IMG/VR virus record: IMGVR_UViG_3300029266_000670
Span: 4,806-68,805 of that record
DNA length: 64,000 bases
Strand: one strand, 5' to 3'
DNA from: a virus
Shown here: piece by piece, positions 32,798 to 43,060 of the stretch
Layout: every line of letters starts with the position of its first letter
Numbering within the stretch: the stretch's first letter is position 1
The notes under the pieces: generated by a model
The model's database searches: none
What the model was told of the DNA's origin: nothing
The model's input: only the letters and a program-made list of their open reading frames with translations
Translations under genes and position numbers: made by a program

Positions 32798-35062
32798 TTA
32801 GAAACCAATTCGGATTCTGAATTCTTCTCTTTGTCCTTGTTGCCTAGTAATAGGCCTTACATTCTGTATGTATAACACTTCTCCTGAACCTTTGACCAAA
32901 TCTGGTTCAGTTACATTATCGATAACAAAACTACCACCACCCGCTTCTAATGTCCCACCAGAAGTAAATCCACCGAGGGTATTAGTTAAAATTAGTGATC
33001 CAGTGGTTCCAGTTATTGTCCATGACGCTACGTTTGCAGAGGACAATATCCTGTTAGTTTCTTGCGTCACTCCTTCGTCTAATGAAAAACTACTTGCTGT
33101 CAGTGTTCCTGATATTGCCACTTCAGTAGTCATTTTATAAATTGGTGTAATCGAGGATGTTGTTCCTGATAAGTATGCATTTTCACCCGAGATTATTCTT
33201 GAAATTTCGGATGTTGCGGTAGATCCTTCAAGAAAGAACTTACGGAATGTGCCTGCACCGAGATCAAAAGTTCCCAGTTTCTCTCCACCCTCTTCTTCTA
33301 GGTTTGTGTAGTTACCACCAGATCCACCGATGACAGATATATCTTGATTTTCAATGGGTCTAGAAGAAGATGCCGAAAACGCAATTGCTCCTCCGTCACC
33401 TGTTGCAGATAGTCGTATTGTCAATTCTCTTGAAGATGGATCCCAACCTTTAACTACACCTTCTGCTGTAATACCGAGTACCGAGTTATATTGAGATACC
33501 GATTCGAAGTTAGTGAAACTTCCTGAAACTCCAGAATGATCACCTGATGCTCCAGTATTTCCAAAGGTTATTCTTATGATTTCTTCTTGTGTTGTTGGTA
33601 GAATAAAATCTTTTGATGGATTGGAAATAATTAGTGTTCCCGCCTTACCATCAGTATCAGCATCCCAAAAAGAAACATCTGCTACTGCCTTACTATCAAA
33701 ACCATAAACTTGATTTCCCACTGGGAACGTGTTGCTTAAAAATCTTTCATCCAAATTTACTGGTTTTTTAATTCGTAAAGATGCTTTTCTGCTTATCTCA
33801 GATCCTGCAATTCTATTTGAATTATCGTTTAAAATTGGATCTTTGATTATACCAAACTGTCTAAAATCATTTACGTTTATAATTTCTGGTTGACCTTCGA
33901 TGTTATCATTTAAAAATCGTAACATCAAACTAGAAACATCAAATTCTTTAATCGGATTTGATCCATGTCCACCTTGTGGTGCTATTGGTATGGTAGCAGT
34001 TGGAATAACTCCCGAAATTCCTGTTGTGGGAAATGTTACATATGCGAAAGTATAGTTTTTTCCTGAATTTAAAACTGTAACAGAATCTGGATTGTATGAT
34101 CCATTTACATCCATAACCGCAGAAGCAGAGACTCCATCTCCGTGTATTAGAATTTCAGGAAGAATTTTAAATTTAGTCGGAGACTTTTCTGCCTGATCTT
34201 CCCCATAGACGGGAACACCAAATGGACGTTCTAACGTCAGAACATTGTTAGTCTGATCTGTAATTCTGCGAACAAGACCGACTTCGGGACCATACCCAGA
34301 AGTCAAGTATAGAACATAACTGTTATAGTAATTTGAACTATTGGTAAAATCTGTGCTTACCGTGTCATCTAAAGTGAAAGTACCCGAAGTGCTACCATGA
34401 GATGACACCGAAGTATATGGTTGAATAGATGATCTTAGATATTTGGCAGAAGAAGTATCTAGATCTATCTGATATAACCCACCATCGATCGCCTTTCTTT
34501 GAACTTCATATTGAAGTTGACCCGCACTATCCTCTGTTTTTTGGGCTAAATTTACAGGGATATATTCGGCAGTTAAAAAGTCTTTTTGATCTTCTTTTAA
34601 CTTGTAAAGGAATTTCCATTTATAACCGTCTGCTGTTTTAAATATATTTGTACTTGTAGACGTAGGTTTAGATGTAGAAGCCGTTCCTTTATTATTACTT
34701 ATACACTTATATACAAATGTTTCATCTACTATGACATAATATTTTACGTCACCTGTGGATGAATTTAGAGATGTCTTATCGCTATATTGAGTATAAATTG
34801 TTCCAGTTGTCCAGTTGTGCCGTGGAACTACAAACATAGCGTTGGTAGAATCTAACCGTATAGCAAAAAGAGAATGTCTAGAAGCTTCATTTGCTTCTGC
34901 TACTGAACCTACAATAACAGGAGGAGTAGTCTCAACAGACCAAGGTAAACATCTGCCAAAAAAAGCAAAGTAGTTCCCATCAGCAATGGGATCTAATTCC
35001 TTTTTCAGACTATTTGCAAAAATTGTCTTAAATTTGTTCTGCAATGCATCTGTCAGTGCCAT
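32798..35062 (-). CDS. 8: Baseplate wedge gp8
   Basis: VPRHNWTTGTIY, VYKCISNN, DGYKWKFLY, GEVLYIQNVRPITR...EEFRI. Confidence 0.9.
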   Translation of the reverse strand: MALTDALQNKFKTIFANSLKKELDPIADGNYFAFFGRCLPWSVETTPPVIVGSVAEANEASRHSLFAIRLDSTNAMFVVPRHNWTTGTIYTQYSDKTSLNSSTGDVKYYVIVDETFVYKCISNNKGTASTSKPTSTSTNIFKTADGYKWKFLYKLKEDQKDFLTAEYIPVNLAQKTEDSAGQLQYEVQRKAIDGGLYQIDLDTSSAKYLRSSIQPYTSVSSHGSTSGTFTLDDTVSTDFTNSSNYYNSYVLYLTSGYGPEVGLVRRITDQTNNVLTLERPFGVPVYGEDQAEKSPTKFKILPEILIHGDGVSASAVMDVNGSYNPDSVTVLNSGKNYTFAYVTFPTTGISGVIPTATIPIAPQGGHGSNPIKEFDVSSLMLRFLNDNIEGQPEIINVNDFRQFGIIKDPILNDNSNRIAGSEISRKASLRIKKPVNLDERFLSNTFPVGNQVYGFDSKAVADVSFWDADTDGKAGTLIISNPSKDFILPTTQEEIIRITFGNTGASGDHSGVSGSFTNFESVSQYNSVLGITAEGVVKGWDPSSRELTIRLSATGDGGAIAFSASSSRPIENQDISVIGGSGGNYTNLEEEGGEKLGTFDLGAGTFRKFFLEGSTATSEISRIISGENAYLSGTTSSITPIYKMTTEVAISGTLTASSFSLDEGVTQETNRILSSANVASWTITGTTGSLILTNTLGGFTSGGTLEAGGGSFVIDNVTEPDLVKGSGEVLYIQNVRPITRQQGQREEFRIRIGF

Positions 35063-35077
35063 TTGTATTTACCTCGA

Positions 35078-36919
35078 TTAATCGTTGTTACTTTCGTTTG
35101 TGGTGCCGTATGGTATACTATAATATTGATCGTGAACTCCACCACCGGCAGTAGATCCAAGGAAAGGAAATTGTGGAGATGTCCATGTAGAGTATGTAGG
35201 GTTGGAATGAAAATGATCACCGATCTCAACGTGGAAAAATTGACGGTGTTTTATATTCCCGAACGAAGATCCAGAGATAATTCCAAAAGAACCTCTTGTG
35301 TTTGGGTGGTGGAATATAGGAAAGAATGCTAACGACAATCCCTGTGCTGCCGAGAATCCCTCGGGAGTTCCTCCCGCGTTTCCCGTTCCACCGAGAGGTC
35401 CAGATAGTCCTGTTCCAGTAACATGAGCAGTGATACCAAATTCTGGAACATGTCCTAGTGTATTACCGTAACCTTGAGGTCCAGATCCGTCAAGAAGAGT
35501 GGCACCGTTCGCACCAACACCAGTAAAACCTGGCGCAAATCCATTTGGATACAAGTCATTGTTTAAAGAATCGGCATCCAGTGAAATATTGTTTCTTAAA
35601 TCTTGAGTGGTTCCAAAAGTATATGGAGTGTAGTTTCCAATTCTGGAGAGTTCCTGGCTTTGAAGTTCGCTATGGAAGGGATTATCTGATTTCATATCAT
35701 CAGTAAGTAGAACATCACCGAAAAATTTAAATCCCGCAGGGTGTAATAGTGATTTGAGGGAATCTCTATATTTTGACAAGGACATTTCTGTCTTCAAAAC
35801 ATAAGAAAATCTTTGATAATAATCACTATCATGTATCTTCTTTCTAGAACTTGGCTTTCCTCCGTCATCGTAATAATACCCATCATAAACTGCAATTGCA
35901 CCAACGGTTGCAGTTCCTTTTGCGTTACCATCACCAGATTGACTTTCAATTACAAATTGAGAGTCTTCTGAATAGTTCACTCCGTGATTTAGAATAGTTA
36001 TTTCTTTAATTCTTCCTTGATCATCTATTCTATTAACTTTACCAGAAGCACCAACACCAGATCCCGCATTCAGTACAACTACAATATCTCCTATGCTGTA
36101 GTTAATTCCGAGACTGGACATTGTGTATGTGGTGTAAACACCAAATGCGATCTCATCTAAATATGAACCATCTGTTAAATATGAACGAACTGTTTGACCT
36201 GCTACAAATTCTCCTTGGATATCTCCTAAAAATAACTCTGTTACTTGATGTGGGTATTCGTCATATTGAATAACCTCAATTACAGTTGCAAATCCAATTG
36301 TCTGAGTTTTGTCTTGGTTTAGTTGAAGTACCTGCTGACCCTTCATTGAGTAATTAGAACTACCATTCGTAGAAGTAACACGGATCGATTTTTTATCTAT
36401 CCAATTTCCACCAGAAGTTTCTAATATATCAGTTCTGGGGTAATATAGTTCTACTATGCTACTATAAAAAGCATTGAAGAAAAACTCAAATCCTTTTTCT
36501 GTTCCCTTGACTGCATAGAAATCCTTCACTCGCTTTAGAATGTTTTTTCTATTTACTATGTTTCCAGAAACGTCAGTTCCAAACTCTGTAGGAAAGTTTT
36601 TCATAAACTTAAATTCAATAGAAGATACGAATTCGTCTATTGTTGTCTCAATATCATAATAGTCATTTAATAATAAAGTTCTCTCTGTCGCATTACCTTC
36701 CTGTTCCATCCATTCATAATATGCCTCTAAGAATAAGATAAAATTAGGATGATCAGAATTCGTAAAATCTGGAACTTGAGATTCTATTAGAGGAGATATA
36801 CCCTCCATTAATCTTTTTGTTCTTGGAGTCAAAGCAGTTAAGTCGCCGTTATCAAACGAATAATTAACAGCCGCATCGCCAGTTAATCCTAGTGATCTTA
36901 GTAGTAGTGTTAGACTCAT
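35078..36919 (-). CDS. 7: Baseplate wedge initiator (gp7-like)
   Basis: FLEAYYEWME, DFYAVKGTEKG, IHDSDYYQRFSYVLK, LLHPAGFKFFG. Confidence 0.8.
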   Translation of the reverse strand: MSLTLLLRSLGLTGDAAVNYSFDNGDLTALTPRTKRLMEGISPLIESQVPDFTNSDHPNFILFLEAYYEWMEQEGNATERTLLLNDYYDIETTIDEFVSSIEFKFMKNFPTEFGTDVSGNIVNRKNILKRVKDFYAVKGTEKGFEFFFNAFYSSIVELYYPRTDILETSGGNWIDKKSIRVTSTNGSSNYSMKGQQVLQLNQDKTQTIGFATVIEVIQYDEYPHQVTELFLGDIQGEFVAGQTVRSYLTDGSYLDEIAFGVYTTYTMSSLGINYSIGDIVVVLNAGSGVGASGKVNRIDDQGRIKEITILNHGVNYSEDSQFVIESQSGDGNAKGTATVGAIAVYDGYYYDDGGKPSSRKKIHDSDYYQRFSYVLKTEMSLSKYRDSLKSLLHPAGFKFFGDVLLTDDMKSDNPFHSELQSQELSRIGNYTPYTFGTTQDLRNNISLDADSLNNDLYPNGFAPGFTGVGANGATLLDGSGPQGYGNTLGHVPEFGITAHVTGTGLSGPLGGTGNAGGTPEGFSAAQGLSLAFFPIFHHPNTRGSFGIISGSSFGNIKHRQFFHVEIGDHFHSNPTYSTWTSPQFPFLGSTAGGGVHDQYYSIPYGTTNESNND

Positions 36920-36926
36920 TGTTTAT

Positions 36927-38939
36927 TCAATACCCAGAACCAGAAGATGACGAGGAGGAAGATGACGAGGAAGATGACGAGGAAGAAGATGACGATGAGG
37001 AAGATGACGATGAGGGTGAGGATGACGCGGACGAAGAAGAGGAAGATGATCCAGAAGTTGGATTATTTATTCCGACGTTTTTAACTTGTATTCGATTTAC
37101 ATCTTCTATGAATACTAAAATTCCTTCGGAAGTTGTATTGTCGAAGTTTAATATAACGTTCTCTGGTGTGTATATGACATCTTCTCTTGGGGTGACTGTA
37201 AATCTTATAGTCCCATTAATAGATGCACTGAGTGGAATAAACCTGTCCAAAGTAATAGTTCCCGATGCATAATCAATAGATCCAATTTTATCGTATACGC
37301 TTTGTCTAACGTTATCAATTGTTTCATATATTCTCAGATTTCCATGCATATCGGAATCGATGGCTGCTAAAAATATAGAACCATCTTCCCTTTTATAAGC
37401 AAACTCTGTAGACTCTATACTAGAGTGATCCGATCCTTTACCATCTAAAGCACCATGTGCCGTGTTTAGAATTGGATTGTTGAATCTGATTGTGTAAGAT
37501 CTATTCCTGTTTAAATCTGGAACTAATCGCTTTTCAAGTTTTACGTCAACATCGGCATACTGTAGAGAATCATCCAGAGATCTACAAAGATGTTCTAGTT
37601 GATTTATATAAAGATTTTTTCCGAATTTAGAAATTTCTGTATTTGCGTATAGATTAATGTATGCGGTTATAATTGCTCTTAATTGTTCACTAGTTTTATT
37701 TGTGACAGTAGAATCAAATCCAGATCTGGCATTAAACTTAAGGTAGATGTAATCGGGATCTATTATTTCTGGTATAACACCAACAACATTTTTAGGCTTA
37801 AGTATATCTGTCTTTATAGTTTCCTTTTCATCATTTGTAAGCACGGTTGATGTCTTTGGTTTTATTGCTATAAAAACTTTTCCGTATTGGGGAGGATTTG
37901 AATCTTCTCCTCCATAAATCTTAACATCGTCTGCGTTTCCATATTCGTTCAGAATAAGTGAAGAATAGTCATCAACCGTGACTGCTCGATTTTGAGTTTG
38001 ATAAAATCTAGGAGCATTAAGTTTGATACTTTCTATAGTTTCTTGGTTGGAGCCAGATGATGCACTAGTTATTACGCTAACTGTACTGTTTGCTGCTGAG
38101 ATGTTGAATGTTCTATTCGTCAAAGAATCAGTTTTACCCATACCATTGGCAACAGGCCCTGAAGTATCCATCCATTGTATAGTTACAACATTTCCATCTT
38201 CGAGTTTCTGTCCAACTATACCGTCACCAAAAACTACTTCATATTCTCCCGTAGAATTCAGTTCAACAAAATATGATTTACTTGTCTTTGTGACTGAAGT
38301 TATATCAGTTATCTTACTCCATGTATCACCTCTACCGGTAGAATCTTGAGTTGAATTTAATACATTAACCGTTATTCGATTAGTATCAACAATGCTCGAT
38401 GGAATCGCATACTTTGTTTTTGTTATGGAAGAGTGTATATACGAAGTAGATTTAAATGCACCCTCGTATATTGAGAATGTTTCTGATGTATACGGAGCCG
38501 TTCCGCTTGTGTCTATTATTACTGGAGATGTATTATAGAAATTGTATGAAGTTGTAGCACCGTTTTGATTCGTGTATGATCCTGTGAATGCAGTTTTTGC
38601 CGCTAAGACAGTAGAAGACGCAGACGCTGCGGATAAAGTAAGTTGAACTGTAGCCTGTGCTGATCTTCGTGAATGCGGAGTGTAAGCAATTTGTTTGGCG
38701 TGGGATGCAACAGAATTTCTTGTTGAAGCACTATCGATGAACATTTCGTTAGCAACCATGTTTGTATAGTATGCTTGATAGTGTGTATTATAAGCAAGGA
38801 CATCAAGAAGAATAGAAAGACCAGAACCTTCGAAGTCATAGTCCTTGAATGTGTCCTGTGATTCTAGGAAAGTCTTGAAGTTTGTTTTGATGTCTTCAAA
38901 ATCTAATTCTGTAATATTTTTAGTTGCATTTGTTGCCAT
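36927..38939 (-). CDS. 6: Baseplate wedge gp6 with poly-Ser C-tail
   Basis: ELDFEDIK.N, LLDVLAYNTHY, QNRAVTVDDY, PPQYGKVFIAIKP. Confidence 0.95.
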   Translation of the reverse strand: MATNATKNITELDFEDIKTNFKTFLESQDTFKDYDFEGSGLSILLDVLAYNTHYQAYYTNMVANEMFIDSASTRNSVASHAKQIAYTPHSRRSAQATVQLTLSAASASSTVLAAKTAFTGSYTNQNGATTSYNFYNTSPVIIDTSGTAPYTSETFSIYEGAFKSTSYIHSSITKTKYAIPSSIVDTNRITVNVLNSTQDSTGRGDTWSKITDITSVTKTSKSYFVELNSTGEYEVVFGDGIVGQKLEDGNVVTIQWMDTSGPVANGMGKTDSLTNRTFNISAANSTVSVITSASSGSNQETIESIKLNAPRFYQTQNRAVTVDDYSSLILNEYGNADDVKIYGGEDSNPPQYGKVFIAIKPKTSTVLTNDEKETIKTDILKPKNVVGVIPEIIDPDYIYLKFNARSGFDSTVTNKTSEQLRAIITAYINLYANTEISKFGKNLYINQLEHLCRSLDDSLQYADVDVKLEKRLVPDLNRNRSYTIRFNNPILNTAHGALDGKGSDHSSIESTEFAYKREDGSIFLAAIDSDMHGNLRIYETIDNVRQSVYDKIGSIDYASGTITLDRFIPLSASINGTIRFTVTPREDVIYTPENVILNFDNTTSEGILVFIEDVNRIQVKNVGINNPTSGSSSSSSSASSSPSSSSSSSSSSSSSSSSSSSSSSSSGSGY
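36944..37049. repeat. Degenerate GA(A/T/C/G) trinucleotide run encoding the gp6 poly-Ser tail
   Basis: GAAGATGACGAG-type units visible on the plus strand. Confidence 0.85.
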
Positions 38940-39319
38940 TATCGAGTCCTCTCAAGGACGAAAGTTACTTGTGCTGTTTGGTTAATATTTTTTGGTCTAA
39001 ACAATATAGCGACATCATAAGAATTTTTTTCTGGATTAGAAGTAACCAAAACATTAATCACTTCAACTCTAGGTTCAAAATTTTTAATAGCAAGTTCTAT
39101 GGCATTCTTTATTCTCACTGCTGTTATTGGAGAATTCAATTCAAACAAATACCTTCTAACTCCAGCATCCATCTCTGGTTTGAAAGGTCTATCATATTTG
39201 GATGTTAATACTATATTCCGTACTGATCTCTTCAATGCTTCCATATCAGTTAACATAGCAACATCGTTACTCATCGGATGTTTTATAAAGTCTAGGTTTA
39301 AATCTGTATATCTTGCCAT
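38939..39319 (-). CDS. 25: Baseplate wedge gp25
   Basis: YTDLNLDF..HP...LKRSVRNIVLT...RPF.P...IKNFEPRV. Confidence 0.95.
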   Translation of the reverse strand: MARYTDLNLDFIKHPMSNDVAMLTDMEALKRSVRNIVLTSKYDRPFKPEMDAGVRRYLFELNSPITAVRIKNAIELAIKNFEPRVEVINVLVTSNPEKNSYDVAILFRPKNINQTAQVTFVLERTR

Positions 39320-39345
39320 TGTAGTATGTATACCTGTTAAATGAG

Positions 39346-40866
39346 TTAGATGATTTCATTTTCTTGTATTTGCAATGCATCTCTAATCATAGATCTATTA
39401 GGACCTAAAGAATTATAATCTCTATCTACCAATCCTTGATAATCTGCATATTCATATGCTTCTTCTAGTTGCTCACGACTGAAGTTATCTGCCAACCATT
39501 CCCGACGAGATCCTTCTATACCTTGTCTAACTGCCTGTCTGTAAAGTATGACAACAGTATTCGACTCGTACCGAGTTTCCTCTGCTTGAGTTTGCGGGGG
39601 TGGTGGGGGTGGTGGGGGTATTATTGAAGGAGTTTCATCTTCTATTCCTCCAGTGGTTTCAAAGATAGTGGTGTTGTTGGGGGTCACTTCTTCAGTTGTA
39701 CTATCTTGATCTTCACCTTCTTCGTCACTAGATTCTTCTTGAAGATTTGCAAAGAACGTATCAACGTCCCTACCAAATTCCTCAACATTTTCTGCCAGAT
39801 CAGAAGCAGCTTGTTCTGCCATTTCAACTAATGCCTCACCAGATGCTACCAGTTCTTCGGCAGTTTTCTGAATACCCTCTACAAGTTCCTTACCTGCTTT
39901 CGCTGCGTTGTCTATCAATTGCTCCACCTGTTGCTCTATGGACTCTACGATCCCCTCTACGCTCTCCTTGATCGCATTTCCTATATCCTCTGGATCTGGG
40001 ATCGCTGAAGTGATGTCATCAAGAGACGGTAGTGATGGTAGTTGTAGGCTAGGCAGTAATGAGTCTAAGTCTGGAGAGGCTATTAAATCAGTAAATACTT
40101 TTCCAATCAAGCATGGATCCGCCAACACTCCTGATAAGGCGGTATTTGCTAAGGCATATTTATCAAGAAAGGCTAAAGCACCAGAAATGAAAGCATCTTC
40201 CGCAGTTGTGATATTTACAATACTTTGCTGAATTGTAGAAAGACTGCCTGTAATTTGCTGCATTTTATTTACAAATTCTGCTGCTGGTATATTGCCAGGA
40301 TACCCCGTTCCAACTTCAGCCAGAAGATTGTTGATTGTTTCTAAAACACCATCAGACTGTTGTATTGCATCGACACCAAATTCTTTTTTCAGACTATTAA
40401 ACCCATGTGAAAAATTGTCTTTGAGAATTTCTTCGGGGTTGGTTACAAGAGTTGCCAGTGCTGAATTATAAGCAGAACCAATTCCAAGAATTCTGCCAAG
40501 ATCAGGCTCTCCATCCTGAAATCCACTAACAACTCCACTCATTCGATTAGTACGTTGCTCAAAATCTACAAGATTCGTTTCAAAATTTGATAGTTGAGTG
40601 ACTAATCCATTAATGAACGATTCTGAATAACCACCCGTCGCCGTCCCATCAGGATTTGTTCCTGCTATGGGTAGTGATCCAATATTACCGATTGCATCAC
40701 CAATTGCACCTTTTACTCCAGCGGCAAGTTGCTGAATAGGATTGATGAGTGCATCACCACGCAGAAACGTTTGAATAAAGTCCAGTTGTTCTGGCTCTAA
40801 AACTTTCTGTAGGATAGCACAGTTGTTTAGTGGGAAGTCGCCATTTCCAATTTGACTAATTGACAT
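39346..40866 (-). CDS. Hypothetical helical protein between PAAR and gene 25
   Basis: 506-aa ORF coupled to the PAAR gene; amphipathic helical repeats and a poly-Pro linker. Confidence 0.6.
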   Translation of the reverse strand: MSISQIGNGDFPLNNCAILQKVLEPEQLDFIQTFLRGDALINPIQQLAAGVKGAIGDAIGNIGSLPIAGTNPDGTATGGYSESFINGLVTQLSNFETNLVDFEQRTNRMSGVVSGFQDGEPDLGRILGIGSAYNSALATLVTNPEEILKDNFSHGFNSLKKEFGVDAIQQSDGVLETINNLLAEVGTGYPGNIPAAEFVNKMQQITGSLSTIQQSIVNITTAEDAFISGALAFLDKYALANTALSGVLADPCLIGKVFTDLIASPDLDSLLPSLQLPSLPSLDDITSAIPDPEDIGNAIKESVEGIVESIEQQVEQLIDNAAKAGKELVEGIQKTAEELVASGEALVEMAEQAASDLAENVEEFGRDVDTFFANLQEESSDEEGEDQDSTTEEVTPNNTTIFETTGGIEDETPSIIPPPPPPPPQTQAEETRYESNTVVILYRQAVRQGIEGSRREWLADNFSREQLEEAYEYADYQGLVDRDYNSLGPNRSMIRDALQIQENEII

Positions 40867-41147
40867 TATGCTACACTCACATTAGGGGACGCAGTTACTA
40901 TCTTATGACCACACTGTGCTGGATCATTTAATCTAAGAATACCTTTTCCTCCAGCACGAACAGTTGGAGATCCTATTTGAAGCGGAGATTGACAAATCGT
41001 GGTGTCTCCATGTTGATGACATGCTACTACCGAACCCTCTACCGCAACATCTATACCATTGACTTTAACTTTGGTTACTGGTCCATATTCAATTGGAGCA
41101 TAAGCATCTGTTATATCAACGAATAGTTTTGCTGCTGATTTTCCCAT
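40866..41147 (-). CDS. 5.4: PAAR-like spike tip (gp5.4)
   Basis: VKVNGIDVAVEG...CHQH...GSPTVRAGGKGILRLNDPAQCGH...SPNV. Confidence 0.85.
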   Translation of the reverse strand: MGKSAAKLFVDITDAYAPIEYGPVTKVKVNGIDVAVEGSVVACHQHGDTTICQSPLQIGSPTVRAGGKGILRLNDPAQCGHKIVTASPNVSVA

Positions 41148-41956
41148 CAGAAAGAACCTCCGTCAATTGTAGTTTCAGTTTCGTCTTCTGATATAGTTTT
41201 AAAATATTCTACATTGATTGGAAGTTTACCAAAGCCTTCTCGTATTACTTCATAAATTTTATCGTTATATGTGACAATCTCACCAACTGAATATATTCTA
41301 AAGTTACCAGCACTATCTCTTAGTTCGAATTTTTGAGATGGTGATTCTTCAACTTCTATAGGTTCGGTTGAAACGGTTTCGGGTTCAAGTGTTTTTATTA
41401 TATCTACAATCTCTGAAAACTTTTCTAAAAGACTATCAGTTGCCGATGTTAAAGATTGGGTATCTGTGGGCTGATCAACTTCTCTGTGAAATTGTGTAAC
41501 TCCCATCACCAATCCATTAGGCATATAATATGTGACGCCTTTTAAAATATGAATATGATATCCAACAGTCGTCTCGTTAGGTCTAATAGACTTTGGGGAC
41601 GGACTTGCTTCTACTGCTTCATTTCGGGTTAGATATAAAGGAAAATAACCATCTACTCTTATGGGACTAGAACCTGTTTCTTGTACGGGTGGAACTGAAG
41701 ATACTCTCGATCTTGAAGTTGGAGGAGATGGTTTATCAATTCCTTGAGTCGAGTCAAAAGGAGTTATGGGGGGTTCTGACGAAGTGCTGGCGGATTCTGG
41801 TGGAGTTGGTGGTGGAGTTGGTGGCGGAGTTGGTGGAGTTGGTGGAGTTGGTGGAGTTGGTGGCGGAGTTGGTGGAGTTGGTGGCGTGTAACTACTCGAA
41901 CTACGTTGAGTGCTACTGGGTAAATTGCCTTGATTGTTATATCCGTATCCGCTCAT
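41147..41956 (-). CDS. Hypothetical virion protein with Pro/Thr linker
   Basis: TPPTPPP repeats, a GYFPLY...YYMP module and an IDGGSF C-terminus. Confidence 0.6.
   Translation of the reverse strand: MSGYGYNNQGNLPSSTQRSSSSYTPPTPPTPPPTPPTPPTPPTPPPTPPPTPPESASTSSEPPITPFDSTQGIDKPSPPTSRSRVSSVPPVQETGSSPIRVDGYFPLYLTRNEAVEASPSPKSIRPNETTVGYHIHILKGVTYYMPNGLVMGVTQFHREVDQPTDTQSLTSATDSLLEKFSEIVDIIKTLEPETVSTEPIEVEESPSQKFELRDSAGNFRIYSVGEIVTYNDKIYEVIREGFGKLPINVEYFKTISEDETETTIDGGSF
41798..41886. repeat. GGTGGAGTT-type tandem repeat (Pro-Pro-Thr)
   Basis: Directly visible 9/12-nt units. Confidence 0.85.
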
Positions 41957-41965
41957 TTATTTCCC

Positions 41966-42925
41966 TTAGTTTAAGTCTATATTTCCATTTTGCATTATAA
42001 TTTTTCCGCCGTCACCCTGAAGAACTTTGACCTCATCTACACCACCCACGCTCATTACTTTTCCTGATGCAAAATCAATTTCTTCACTGGCGTTGACTTG
42101 AAACTTCTTACAGTTGACGACAAAATCATCTTCTGTGTTGAAGTTGACTATATCACTTTTTACAGTAAAATTCTTTGCTTTAATATTACAGTTTCCACCT
42201 GTCGTTATATTTAGAGACCCCCCTACTAACATATTTTCGTCTAATAGTTTTATGGTATAACCATGACCTGTTGACTTGATTACTAAAGTTCCATCTGGGT
42301 GAAACTCAACGAAAGAACCTGAATTGTGATACACATGAATTCTCTCTGCACTTGGTGAATCATCTATCTCTATCACATGTCCACTGTTGGATTCGTATAC
42401 AGTATTCTGTGGATATACTGGATTAGCAGGAGATGGTGGTTCTTTCCAAGAAACCTCGGGTAGAGCAGTTTCTACATTCTCTTGTGGTTGTTTCTTGGAA
42501 CCAGGCGAACCTTCTTGTGGGGAACTATATGCAAGTAGGTTGGTGTCTGCTATTTGATCATATAAATTATTTTTTACCAAATCATATGGATCATTAAACC
42601 CCTCTGCTGGTTTATTGGGTTGTGTGTTTTGGCCAGGAACCGTCCCCATTATAATAGGAGACTGTGCTTCAGTTCCATCCGCAAAGAATCCAAATACATG
42701 TGTGCCTGGCAAATATCCAGGCACCGTACAACCCTTACCTTGTGTGCTTGCACTGGTGACTGGAAATATAGATGTAGCCCAAGGAAGTTGAGCAGTAGGA
42801 AGTACGCTCAGATCTGGTTCGTGATAACCAACAACTCGAACTCGGGCTCTTCCCATAAGTTCTGGGTCATTGTGATCTTCCACCACTCCGAACCACCAAA
42901 CGAATTCTCCGTTCATATTAATCAT
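41966..42925 (-). CDS. 5: Baseplate central spike gp5 (OB-fold and beta-helix, no lysozyme domain)
   Basis: WWFGVVEDHNDPELMGRARVRVVGYH, LPWA, YP.N.VYESNSGHVIEIDDSPSAERIH.YH.SG. Confidence 0.93.
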   Translation of the reverse strand: MINMNGEFVWWFGVVEDHNDPELMGRARVRVVGYHEPDLSVLPTAQLPWATSIFPVTSASTQGKGCTVPGYLPGTHVFGFFADGTEAQSPIIMGTVPGQNTQPNKPAEGFNDPYDLVKNNLYDQIADTNLLAYSSPQEGSPGSKKQPQENVETALPEVSWKEPPSPANPVYPQNTVYESNSGHVIEIDDSPSAERIHVYHNSGSFVEFHPDGTLVIKSTGHGYTIKLLDENMLVGGSLNITTGGNCNIKAKNFTVKSDIVNFNTEDDFVVNCKKFQVNASEEIDFASGKVMSVGGVDEVKVLQGDGGKIIMQNGNIDLN

Positions 42926-43052
42926 TAGGTTCTGCCCATTTTTCTGCCCAGAATTTCCATGCGTCTAGTTCTTCTTTAGTATGATCTCTACTTTTGAGAT
43001 TCTTTAGTCGTTCTTCGTAGCCCTTGTATTCCTGATATTCTTTAAACTTCAT
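42918..43052 (-). CDS. Small hypothetical protein (44 aa)
   Basis: Manual translation MKFKEYQEYKGYEERLKNLKSRDHTKEELDAWKFWAEKWAEPND; fills the gap between the hub gene and gene 5. Confidence 0.55.
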   Translation of the reverse strand: MKFKEYQEYKGYEERLKNLKSRDHTKEELDAWKFWAEKWAEPND

Positions 43053-43060
43053 GTTGTCAC

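Noticed and set aside
36892-37272. Plus-strand 126-aa poly-Asp/Glu ORF
   Set aside because: It is the antisense shadow of the gp6 poly-Ser tail.
41798-41886. Short tandem repeats as a possible CRISPR array
   Set aside because: There are no spacers; they are coding Pro/Thr repeats.
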